Assembly: GCA_001189215.1 (NCBI GenBank)
Contig: LFCR01000002.1
Coordinates: forward strand, 140,677-173,687
Direction of reading: 5' to 3'
DNA from: Parcubacteria bacterium C7867-008
GTDB taxonomy: Bacteria; Patescibacteriota; Minisyncoccia; Phycocordibacterales; Phycocordibacteraceae
Length of the DNA: 33,011 bases
In this document: piece by piece, positions 8,260-16,668 of the stretch
Position numbering within the stretch: the first letter of the stretch is position 1
Layout of the letters: each line of letters begins with the position of its first letter
Notes under the pieces: model-generated
Told to the model about the DNA's origin: nothing
Database searches by the model: none
What the model saw: the letters and a program-made list of their open reading frames with translations, nothing else
Position numbers and translations under genes: made by a program

Positions 8260-8287
8260 ATGGTACGAACGATAGGATAAGTAAATC

Positions 8288-11200
8288 ATGGCTGAAATGG
8301 AGAACGATGATAATCAGGTATCTGAAGTAGCAAAACGTGAGGAGGAAATCCTTGCGTATTGGAACGAACAGCAGACCTTCAAAGCTTCTCTTGAGAAACC
8401 ATCTCCTAATGGTGAGTACGTTTTCTACGATGGTCCTCCATTTGCAACTGGGCTCCCACATCACGGGCATATTCTTGCCGGCACTATAAAAGATGCGATA
8501 CCACGTTATAAGACGATGCGTGGTTTCCACGTGCGCCGCCGTTGGGGCTGGGACTCACACGGTTTGCCACTCGAGAACATCATCGAGAAAGAACTTGGCA
8601 TAAAGACGAAGCGAGATATCGAAGAGATGGGAGTTTCCGTATTTAACGAAGCAGCTCGTAACGCGGTACTTCGGTATGCAAATGAGTGGAAGCGCATCGT
8701 ACCTCGTATTGGTCGGTGGGTGGACATGGAGGATGACTATAAGACCATGGACACCACATACACAGAATCTGTGTGGTGGGCATTCAAGAGACTCTTTGAT
8801 AAGGATCTTATCGAAGAAGGGTTTAAAGTAATGCAACTATGTCCCCGTTGTGGAACAACACTCTCTAACTTTGAGGTCAGTCAGGGATACAAAGATATAA
8901 AAGATATAACTGCGTACGCAAAGTTTGAATTAGAAGATGAGCTCGGTACGTATCTTCTCGCATGGACCACCACGCCATGGACGCTTCCTGGAAATATCGC
9001 ACTCGCGCTTGGTACAGATATTGAATACGTAAAGGTAGAAAAGCAGGGAGGCCACTACATTCTTGCAGGAGCGCTTGTTGAAAAAGTATTTGGTGAGGAT
9101 CACGGCGATGTCACTCCAGTACATAAGTCCGAACTTCTTGGACGAGTATACAAGCCAGTGTTCCCAGGGGTAATCGATACACTTGCTGAAGGAAAGGAGC
9201 GAGACAAACTCGGTGCTGCATTCCATGTATACGAAGCAGACTTTGTTACCGCTGAAGATGGAACCGGTATCGTACACATTGCACCGGCATTCGGTGAAGA
9301 TGATCTCAGTCTCGCGCGAGTGCACGGACTACCGATAGTGCACCACGTAGATCGCGATGGCCGCATGATGAGTGCCGTACCTGCAGTTGCCGGAAAGCTC
9401 GCAAAGCCGAAAGGGCAGTGGTGGGAGACCGATGCACTTATTGTTGAATATCTCGGAGATAAACTTTTTAAAACAGAAGAAAAGGTACACAGCTATCCGC
9501 ATTGCTGGCGCTGCGATACACCGCTCCTCAACTATGCTTCTGGTTCATGGTTTGTTCGCGTGCCAACATTTAAAGACAAACTTGTTGCTGAGAATGAGAA
9601 GGTTGGATGGGTACCTGAAGCTATTGGAAAGAATCGTTTCGGTGATTGGCTTAACAATGCACGAGACTGGGCAATCTCACGTAGTCGCTATTGGGGTGCA
9701 CCTATTCCCGTATGGAAGAACGAGAAGACGGGGGCGCTTCAAGTATTTGGTTCCGTAGAAGATCTCAAGAAGCATGCAAAGAAGAGTGGCAACCGATACT
9801 TCGTCATGCGCCATGGTGAAGGTGAGCACAATATAAAGGGAGTTGCTGCTAAGGGAGACGAAACATTCCGTGCCGTATTAACGGAAACTGGTCGTGCTCA
9901 AGCTAAGAAGAATGCAGCAGCACTTGCACATGCAAATGTAACGCGCATTATTGCGTCACCACTTGCGCGTGGATGTGAGACCGCAGCAATTGTAAAAGAA
10001 ACACTCGGACTAACTAACGTAGAGATTGTCCAGGATGAGCGTCTCCGTGAATTCAACTTTGGTGAGCTAGATGGAAAACCGATAGGGGAATTTGTCCGGT
10101 GGCGTGAAGAAACTACATACGCAGATCGTATCCCAGGAGGGGAGAGCTACCAGGATGTTAAGAATCGTATTGGAGAAGTTCTCTACGAACTTGAACGTAC
10201 CTATCAAAACGAAACAATCCTTATCGTTACACATGGCGTAGGTATTGAGACAATCAATGCGGTTGCACAGGGAATAGATAAGGACGCTTCAAAGAAACTC
10301 TCTGCAGACATGGTACCTCTGTATGCAACACCACTTGAACTAGATTTCACGCCACTTCCACATAACACGGAATACGAACTTGATCTCCATCGTCCGTATA
10401 TCGATGAGTACGCATTGGTAGACACTGACGGATCTCTACTTCATCGTGTTGCTGATGTCTTTGATTGTTGGTTTGAATCTGGCTCAATGTCCTACGCGCA
10501 GGATCATTATCCGTTTGAGAAAGACAACTTTGATCCTGAAACCGGACTCTTCAAGAAATCCAAAGGATACCCAGCAGACTTCATTGCAGAAGGATTAGAC
10601 CAGACACGTGGCTGGTTCTATTCGATGATCGTCCTTGGTACGGCATTGTTTGGACATTCTCCGTATAAGCACGTGATCGTGAACGGTCTTATTCTCGCTG
10701 AAGACGGCAGGAAGATGTCTAAGAGTTTGAAGAACTATCCAGAACCTATGGATGTGGTGGCTAAGTACGGTGCAGACGCTCTTCGTCTCTATCTACTTTC
10801 TTCACCGCTCATGCGTTCTGAAGATCTCAGGTTCTCAGAGAAGGGGGTAGCGGAGGTAGGGAACAAGGTAATTGGTCGCTTGCACAACACACTCGTTTTC
10901 TACGAGACGTATGCGATGAATGATGTACCAGAAACAGTCTCAAGTACCCACGTACTTGATCGTTGGATCATGGCGCGCCTTAAGGAAGTGCGTGATGAAG
11001 TTACTGAGGGACTTGAGTCGTATGAACTCGATCGTGCAGCACGTCCTCTCGCACAACTGGTTGATGACCTTTCAACCTGGTATCTTAGACGATCACGTGA
11101 CCGTGTAAAAGATTCGGTCGATGCTGCAGCAACTATGCGCTGTGTACTTCGAACAACTGCATTGCTGTTCGCCCCATTCACACCTTTCTATGCTGAATAC

Positions 11201-11749
11201 CTGTGGCGCAACGTTAAATTCATTTCAGATCCTGAAAGTGTTCACCTTGCTGATTGGCCAGAACTCAAGGGTGCAGATCAGAAAACTCTGCTAGAAGATA
11301 TGGCACTTGTTCGTACACTTGCATCAGAAGCGCTTAAGCTGCGCCAGCAGGCAGGTATCGTAGTGCGTCAGCCACTCGCTTCACTTAGTGCACCCACTAT
11401 TCCAAGCACACCAGAACTCATAGAGATTCTCAAGGAAGAGGTCAATGTTAAGGATGTATTGAAGCACGAAGGTGACATGACACTCGATACAGAACTAACT
11501 GAGGAATTAAAGCGTGAGGGTGATGTACGTGCATTCATGCGTGCACTTGCAGATGCTCGTAAAGATATGAATCTTTCTCCAAAGGATAGTGTGATGGTTG
11601 TTGCCCACAGCGCGGCAAAAGAAATACTTGCGAACCTTACGCTGCCAGGACTTGCAGAACTCTCATTCGAAGATTCAGTTGATGGTCCGTATACTGCAGA
11701 ATTCTCTGCTATGAAGATTGGTTTTACCGTTACTCGCAATGCGGCATAA
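8288..11749 (+). CDS. ileS: Isoleucyl-tRNA synthetase (type 2-like) carrying an internal histidine-phosphatase domain
   Basis: 1153 aa. Motifs: PPFATGLPHHGHILAG (HIGH), WGWDSHGLP, WTTTPWTLPGN (editing CP1), WAISRSRYWGAPIPVW, GRKMSKSLKNYPEP (KMSKS). The extra ~200 aa are described in the next feature. Confidence 0.95.
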   Translation: MAEMENDDNQVSEVAKREEEILAYWNEQQTFKASLEKPSPNGEYVFYDGPPFATGLPHHGHILAGTIKDAIPRYKTMRGFHVRRRWGWDSHGLPLENIIEKELGIKTKRDIEEMGVSVFNEAARNAVLRYANEWKRIVPRIGRWVDMEDDYKTMDTTYTESVWWAFKRLFDKDLIEEGFKVMQLCPRCGTTLSNFEVSQGYKDIKDITAYAKFELEDELGTYLLAWTTTPWTLPGNIALALGTDIEYVKVEKQGGHYILAGALVEKVFGEDHGDVTPVHKSELLGRVYKPVFPGVIDTLAEGKERDKLGAAFHVYEADFVTAEDGTGIVHIAPAFGEDDLSLARVHGLPIVHHVDRDGRMMSAVPAVAGKLAKPKGQWWETDALIVEYLGDKLFKTEEKVHSYPHCWRCDTPLLNYASGSWFVRVPTFKDKLVAENEKVGWVPEAIGKNRFGDWLNNARDWAISRSRYWGAPIPVWKNEKTGALQVFGSVEDLKKHAKKSGNRYFVMRHGEGEHNIKGVAAKGDETFRAVLTETGRAQAKKNAAALAHANVTRIIASPLARGCETAAIVKETLGLTNVEIVQDERLREFNFGELDGKPIGEFVRWREETTYADRIPGGESYQDVKNRIGEVLYELERTYQNETILIVTHGVGIETINAVAQGIDKDASKKLSADMVPLYATPLELDFTPLPHNTEYELDLHRPYIDEYALVDTDGSLLHRVADVFDCWFESGSMSYAQDHYPFEKDNFDPETGLFKKSKGYPADFIAEGLDQTRGWFYSMIVLGTALFGHSPYKHVIVNGLILAEDGRKMSKSLKNYPEPMDVVAKYGADALRLYLLSSPLMRSEDLRFSEKGVAEVGNKVIGRLHNTLVFYETYAMNDVPETVSSTHVLDRWIMARLKEVRDEVTEGLESYELDRAARPLAQLVDDLSTWYLRRSRDRVKDSVDAAATMRCVLRTTALLFAPFTPFYAEYLWRNVKFISDPESVHLADWPELKGADQKTLLEDMALVRTLASEALKLRQQAGIVVRQPLASLSAPTIPSTPELIEILKEEVNVKDVLKHEGDMTLDTELTEELKREGDVRAFMRALADARKDMNLSPKDSVMVVAHSAAKEILANLTLPGLAELSFEDSVDGPYTAEFSAMKIGFTVTRNAA
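9770..10378 (+). other. In-frame histidine-phosphatase (phosphoglycerate-mutase-like) domain inserted in IleRS (aa ~495-697)
   Basis: NRYFVMRHGEGEHN (R508 H509 G510 at 9809-9817), LTETGRAQA, IIASPLARGCETA, ERLREFNFGELDG, IPGGESYQDV, ILIVTHGVGIE. This is the ordered motif set of the His_Phos_1 superfamily. Confidence 0.75.
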
Positions 11750-12308
11750 ATACACCACTGCTGCGTTAGTGCTCGCACGCTTTCCACTCTCGGAAGCAAG
11801 TTCGCTTGTAACATTACTCACGGCAGATTTTGGTGTGATACGTGCACGAAGTCAGGGATTGCGAAAACCTGGAGCAAAGATGAGTGCGGGGCTGCAGACA
11901 CTTGCTGAATCAGACGTGACCCTTCTAAAAGGGAAGGAGGGGTGGAGGATGGCAGGTTCTGTACTGGCTCGAGATTGGGCACACGTCTTACCGAAGGATG
12001 CACGAACTCGCGCCGGGCGGGTGGCCGAACTTATGCTTCGGTTTGTTCACGGTGAAGCCACAGACGCAACACTCTTTACGATCTATACGAATTTCATAAC
12101 CGTATTACCAACCCTTTCTGAGGTGGAACAGGACGCCGCAGAGTGTCTTGCGGTGCTTCGTATTCTTCGAACCCTTGGTCTTGATGCAGGTGTAATCCCA
12201 GGAGAAGGGGATGAAGATTACAGTGAAGCCACACGAGCTGTAGTACGTGCAGAGCGAACAGATATAATTTCTCGTATCAATCGTGGCATTGGTGCTTCGG
12301 GATTATAG
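11739..12308 (+). CDS. recO: DNA repair protein RecO
   Basis: MRHKYTTAALVLARFPLSEASSLVTLLTADFGVIRARSQGLRKPGAKMS... shows a RecO OB-fold N-terminus and helical C-terminus. The ATG at 11739 overlaps the ileS stop (11747-11749) by 11 nt, which suggests translational coupling. Confidence 0.8.
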   Translation: MRHKYTTAALVLARFPLSEASSLVTLLTADFGVIRARSQGLRKPGAKMSAGLQTLAESDVTLLKGKEGWRMAGSVLARDWAHVLPKDARTRAGRVAELMLRFVHGEATDATLFTIYTNFITVLPTLSEVEQDAAECLAVLRILRTLGLDAGVIPGEGDEDYSEATRAVVRAERTDIISRINRGIGASGL

Positions 12309-14194
12309 TGTCAGAGCCTTTGCGTGCACGGTATACTCTTCCTATGGCTGATCCGCTGGAAACACTTCGTGCACGACTCTATGCGTCGAAGCCTGTAGAG
12401 ACCGTTGCACCGAATACTCTTTCACAAACACGAGCACCGGCAGCGTCTGCGTGGGCACCTCCTCCACCTCCGGTTATAAAACCGCCTCATAAGAAACTGC
12501 CACCATCGCTCTGGTTCCTCATCATTGCAGGAGGTTTTTTCCTTATTACGGGTATTGCCGCGGCACTCTTTCTGGTCTTCGGCGGCCGTTCCATTTCTGC
12601 AGAGCACGTGACTATTGAAGTTCCAGGACAAACAACCATTGCCAGTGGGGATGCGGTACCAATCCTTATCTCAGTTAAGAATGAGAATCCGGTAGCGATG
12701 CTGAACGCAACAATAACGGTAGATCTTCCTGAAGGAACACGTGATGCGAATGATCCAAATAAAGCATTAGATCAATTCTCAGATTCACTGGGAGATATCG
12801 CACCAGATACTCGAGCCGAACGCACGGTAAATGCAATTCTGTTTGGTTCAGAGAATCAAATACTCACGATACCCATTAAGGTAGAGTATCGAACTCCAGG
12901 ATCAAATGCCGTATCTGTTAAGGAGCAGAAATATTTTGTTACGGTAACGACATCGCCGGTGTCGGTGAACGTACAGGGTATGAAAGAAGTAGAGAGTGGG
13001 GGATCAGTGACCGTGCGTGTAAATGTTCGTTCAAACGCAACTACACCACTCAAGAATATTGCTCTACTTGGTGCATACCCTCCGGGCTTTATCCCCGCCA
13101 GTGCATCTCCTGCAGCTTCAACCGGCTCGTACTTCTTGTTGGGAGAACTAGCGCCTGGTCAGGAAAAGATAATTACTGTTACTGGCACACTCTCCGGTTC
13201 TGAAGGAGATGATCGTGTATTCACGTTTACGGTTGGTACCGCAAAAGATGATGGCTCTCCAGCACTCGGTATTCCATACATGAGCAATCAGGCTGCAGTG
13301 GCAATTGCGAAACCGTTTCTTGGGGTTACCGTCTCACTTAATCGGGAGAATGGGGATGTGGTAACCGTGCCATCAGGACAATCGGTACAAGGTAATGTTT
13401 CGTGGAGGAATAGCCTGGGTGCACCCATTGCAAACGGGCAAGTGTTTGTAAAATTCAGCGGCAATGCATTTGACCCTGCTACGGTAGTTGCAGCAAACGG
13501 ATACTATCGTTCAAGTGACTCAACCATTGTCTTTAATAAAGAATCAACCGCAGGCCTCGCTCTCCTTCAACCAAATGATACGGGAGCAGGGACATTCACA
13601 TTCAGGCCAAAGCAAGGGGTGCGTAACCCAACCGTTAATCTGTTGGTAACGGTAGTGGGTACTCGTGCGGGAACGGGAGGTGGGGCACTTACCTCAACGC
13701 TCACTCGTACGCTTAAGATTGGTACCGGTCTCTCGCTTTCTTCGAAGATACTCCACACGAGTGGTGGCATCCCCAATACCGGCCCAATTCCTCCAACCGC
13801 TAATCAAGAAACTACCTATACTGTTCAGTTAACTGCACAGAATTCACTTAATGGTGTTGGTGGGGCAGTGGTTACAACAAAGCTACCTGCCTATGTAAGG
13901 TACACGGGAGTGACCAGTGCAGGAGGTACGCCAATCACGTATGATGAGACGGACCGAACGGTCTCCTGGAATATTGGTGAACTAACCCCAGACGACACCA
14001 AGACGGTATCGTTCCAGGTCGCAGTCTTGCCAAGTATTGCTCAGAAAGGTACAAGTCCTATAGTGATTCCAACACAAGCACTTACCGCTACGGACCGATT
14101 CACGCAGCAGCAGGTTACTGCAAGTGCTAATGCGCTCACCACGCAGACACCGGGAGATACGGGATACTCATCAGACAAGGGAGTCGTTAAATAA
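12308..14194 (+). CDS. Membrane-anchored surface protein with repeated Ig-like (CARDB/DUF11-like) domains
   Basis: Pro-rich N-terminus and one TM (LWFLIIAGGFFLITGIAAALFLVF). Then ~5 beta-rich repeats with motifs such as GDAVPILISVKNEN..ATITVDLPEG, LGELAPGQEKIITVTGTL, IGELTPDDTKTVSFQVAVLP. Start is either GTG 12308 (TAGTG overlap with the recO stop) or ATG 12344 (TATACT 12332-12337, 6 nt upstream). Confidence 0.7.
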   Translation: MSEPLRARYTLPMADPLETLRARLYASKPVETVAPNTLSQTRAPAASAWAPPPPPVIKPPHKKLPPSLWFLIIAGGFFLITGIAAALFLVFGGRSISAEHVTIEVPGQTTIASGDAVPILISVKNENPVAMLNATITVDLPEGTRDANDPNKALDQFSDSLGDIAPDTRAERTVNAILFGSENQILTIPIKVEYRTPGSNAVSVKEQKYFVTVTTSPVSVNVQGMKEVESGGSVTVRVNVRSNATTPLKNIALLGAYPPGFIPASASPAASTGSYFLLGELAPGQEKIITVTGTLSGSEGDDRVFTFTVGTAKDDGSPALGIPYMSNQAAVAIAKPFLGVTVSLNRENGDVVTVPSGQSVQGNVSWRNSLGAPIANGQVFVKFSGNAFDPATVVAANGYYRSSDSTIVFNKESTAGLALLQPNDTGAGTFTFRPKQGVRNPTVNLLVTVVGTRAGTGGGALTSTLTRTLKIGTGLSLSSKILHTSGGIPNTGPIPPTANQETTYTVQLTAQNSLNGVGGAVVTTKLPAYVRYTGVTSAGGTPITYDETDRTVSWNIGELTPDDTKTVSFQVAVLPSIAQKGTSPIVIPTQALTATDRFTQQQVTASANALTTQTPGDTGYSSDKGVVK

Positions 14195-14199
14195 CTTTT

Positions 14200-15585
14200 A
14201 TGGAGAAGAAACCAATCACGCTAGATACCATTATTGCGCTTTCAAAGCGACGCGGTTTTATTTTCCCTGGCTCTGAAGTATATGGCGGTCTTGCCGGTAC
14301 CTTTGATTACGGACCATTAGGCCTTGCACTCAAGAAAAACATTGAGAATCTCTGGTGGCGTACCTTTGTTGAGCTGCGTGACGATATGTATGGTATCGAG
14401 TCTGCAATTCTCATGAACCCTAAAGTATGGGAAACCAGTGGTCACGTAGGTGGTTTCAATGACCCACTGGTTATAGATCAGAAAACTAACAAGCGGTATC
14501 GTGCAGACCATCTCCTCGAAGAAGCAGGGGTGGATGTTGCAGGTATGTCTCTTTCAGACATGGGAGCAGCAATAAAGGAGAAGGGAATAGTAAGTCCTGA
14601 TGGCAACCCTCTCTCTGAGCCGCAGCAATTCAACATGATGTTCAAGACATCAGTTGGTTCTATTGAAGGAGGTGAGATGCCGGTCTATCTACGCCCAGAA
14701 ACTGCACAAGGTATGTTCGTTAACTTTAAGAACATTCAGGACTCATATCACCCAAAGCTTCCATTTGGTATCGCACAAATTGGTACATCATTCCGTAACG
14801 AAATCGCACCACGCGAATTCCTCTTCCGTGTGCGGGAACTTGAAATCATGGAGCTCGAGTATTTTATAAATGGTGCTGAGTGGGAGACAAACTTCGAACA
14901 CTGGCGAACACAGATGCTCGCATGGTTCACTGCTATCGGCTACGGTGCAGACGACATTAAGGAAGTGGAAGTAGAAGGCGCAGATCTTGCGCACTACTCA
15001 AAACGAACACTCGACTTCTATTTTAAATATCCAGGAGGATATAAGGAGATTGGGGGACTCGCATACCGAACAGACTTCGATCTTTCTAATCATATGGAAG
15101 CAACGAAGGAAGATCTTCGCTATCTCGATCCTGAAACAGGGGAGAAGACCGTACCGCATGTGATAGAACCGACGTTTGGCCTGGGTCGTCATGTACTCGC
15201 AAGTCTTGTCGCTGCATACGATGAAGATGAACTTGGGGGTGAGAGCCGTGTGGTGCTCAGACTTCCTCCCGCGGTTGCCCCTATAAAAGCTATGGTTGCA
15301 CCGCTTCTCAAGAACAAGCCTGAACTAGTGACTAAGGCACGCGAAGTGCGTGCGGAGCTACAGAAGGTTCATCCTGCAATCGCATGGGACGATAATGGCA
15401 ATATTGGTAAGCGCTATCGTCGTCAGGATGAGATCGGTACACCATTCTGCATCACGGTGGACTTCGATACCTTAGGAGAGAATCCCGAGCTTCTCGATAC
15501 CGTTACCCTCCGTCATCGCGACACGGGAGAGCAGGAGCGCCTTACTATCACCGAAGCAGCAGAACGCATCCGCACCAGCCTCTAA
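14200..15585 (+). CDS. glyQS: Glycyl-tRNA synthetase (alpha2 dimeric class II type)
   Basis: 461 aa. LSKRRGFIFPGSEVYGGLAGTFDYGPLG, YLRPETAQG, FRNEI.PR..LFRVREFEQ-like FRVRELEIMELEYF, and anticodon-binding C-terminus ...GKRYRRQDEIGTPFCITVD. Confidence 0.95.
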   Translation: MEKKPITLDTIIALSKRRGFIFPGSEVYGGLAGTFDYGPLGLALKKNIENLWWRTFVELRDDMYGIESAILMNPKVWETSGHVGGFNDPLVIDQKTNKRYRADHLLEEAGVDVAGMSLSDMGAAIKEKGIVSPDGNPLSEPQQFNMMFKTSVGSIEGGEMPVYLRPETAQGMFVNFKNIQDSYHPKLPFGIAQIGTSFRNEIAPREFLFRVRELEIMELEYFINGAEWETNFEHWRTQMLAWFTAIGYGADDIKEVEVEGADLAHYSKRTLDFYFKYPGGYKEIGGLAYRTDFDLSNHMEATKEDLRYLDPETGEKTVPHVIEPTFGLGRHVLASLVAAYDEDELGGESRVVLRLPPAVAPIKAMVAPLLKNKPELVTKAREVRAELQKVHPAIAWDDNGNIGKRYRRQDEIGTPFCITVDFDTLGENPELLDTVTLRHRDTGEQERLTITEAAERIRTSL

Positions 15586-15610
15586 ACGGCCATTGTGCTA
15601 GCATAGGGGT

Positions 15611-16657
15611 ATGGAAAAGCATACTTCGATTTCAATTACGACCGGTACATTCGTTCGAGCTATATTCGTTGCCACGTTGGCATACATGGCCTGGGTACTC
15701 CGGGATCTCGTATTGCTGGTTATTACGGCAATCGTTATCGCAACCGCAATCGAGCCGGGTGTGGTGTACTTTATGAAGCGCAAGATACCGCGTGTTATTT
15801 CAGTACTTGTTATGTATCTAATTGTGCTGGGTTCGCTCTTCAGTATCACGTACTTCTTTCTCCCACCGATTCTGTCTGACGCGCAGGGTGTGGTGACACA
15901 ACTTCCGCAATATCTTGAGGCATTCGATCTTCCGATTGCAGGTATTACCGATCTTGCACCCGTTACTGCACAGAGCGGAAACATTCAGTCCCTTCTACAA
16001 ACTATCTTTGCGTACCGCACCGCATTTGCAGATAGTTCTGAAGGAGCACTCCGTCTCGCATCCGTTATCTTTGGCGGACTCTTCTCGCTCATTCTTGTTA
16101 TCGTGCTTTCGTTCTATTTCGCCCTTCAAGAGACAGGAGTGGAGGACTTCCTTCGATTGGTAACACCGTCTCGTCAGGAGGGATATGTGGTTGGTCTCTG
16201 GCACCGTGCACAGAAAAAGATTGGTCAGTGGATGCAAGGACAATTGCTCCTCTCACTCATTGTTGGAGTAACGGTGTATCTTGGTCTCCTTATTCTTGGG
16301 GTACCGTACGCGCTCTTCCTCGCAATTATGGCGGCACTGTTTGATCTCATCCCTATCTTTGGCTCCTTTATTGCAGGTGTTGCTGCTGTAGTTATTGCAC
16401 TTTCTTCAGGTGGGTTCGCTCTCGGACTTCTCGTGGCTGGCCTGTACTTCATAGTTAACCAGCTTGAGGCACATCTGATCTATCCGCTGGTGGTGAACAA
16501 GGTTGTTGGTATCCCTCCACTCCTTGTGATTCTTGCGCTCATTGCCGGAGGTACTCTTATTGGATTCCTTGGTGTACTCCTTTCAGTCCCATTTGCAGCA
16601 GTATTGCGTGAGTTCGTAAACGACTACGATCAGCACAAGCGATCAGTTGCTGCATAA
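15611..16657 (+). CDS. AI-2E family transporter (PerM/UPF0118-like permease)
   Basis: 348 aa with ~8 TM segments and the typical C-terminal ...LIYPLVVNKVVGIPPLLVILALIAGGTLIGFLGVLLSVPFAAVL. TGcTAGCAT (15596-15604) lies 6 nt upstream of the ATG. Confidence 0.85.
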   Translation: MEKHTSISITTGTFVRAIFVATLAYMAWVLRDLVLLVITAIVIATAIEPGVVYFMKRKIPRVISVLVMYLIVLGSLFSITYFFLPPILSDAQGVVTQLPQYLEAFDLPIAGITDLAPVTAQSGNIQSLLQTIFAYRTAFADSSEGALRLASVIFGGLFSLILVIVLSFYFALQETGVEDFLRLVTPSRQEGYVVGLWHRAQKKIGQWMQGQLLLSLIVGVTVYLGLLILGVPYALFLAIMAALFDLIPIFGSFIAGVAAVVIALSSGGFALGLLVAGLYFIVNQLEAHLIYPLVVNKVVGIPPLLVILALIAGGTLIGFLGVLLSVPFAAVLREFVNDYDQHKRSVAA

Positions 16658-16668
16658 CGCTATCTGGT

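Noticed and set aside
7849-8281. Imperfect 12-nt direct repeat CGATAGGGTAGG (7849-7860) / CGATAGGATAAG (8270-8281) flanking the high-GC islet, as a possible target-site duplication.
   Set aside because: It matches at 10 of 12 positions. My rough estimate is ~0.2 such matches expected by chance between two ~80-nt flanks, so the repeat is not significant on its own.
9770-10378. Intein or mobile insertion as the explanation for the extra IleRS segment.
   Set aside because: There is no Cys/Ser/Thr at the N-junction, no His-Asn plus nucleophile at the C-junction, and no homing-endonuclease motifs. The segment matches a histidine-phosphatase fold instead.
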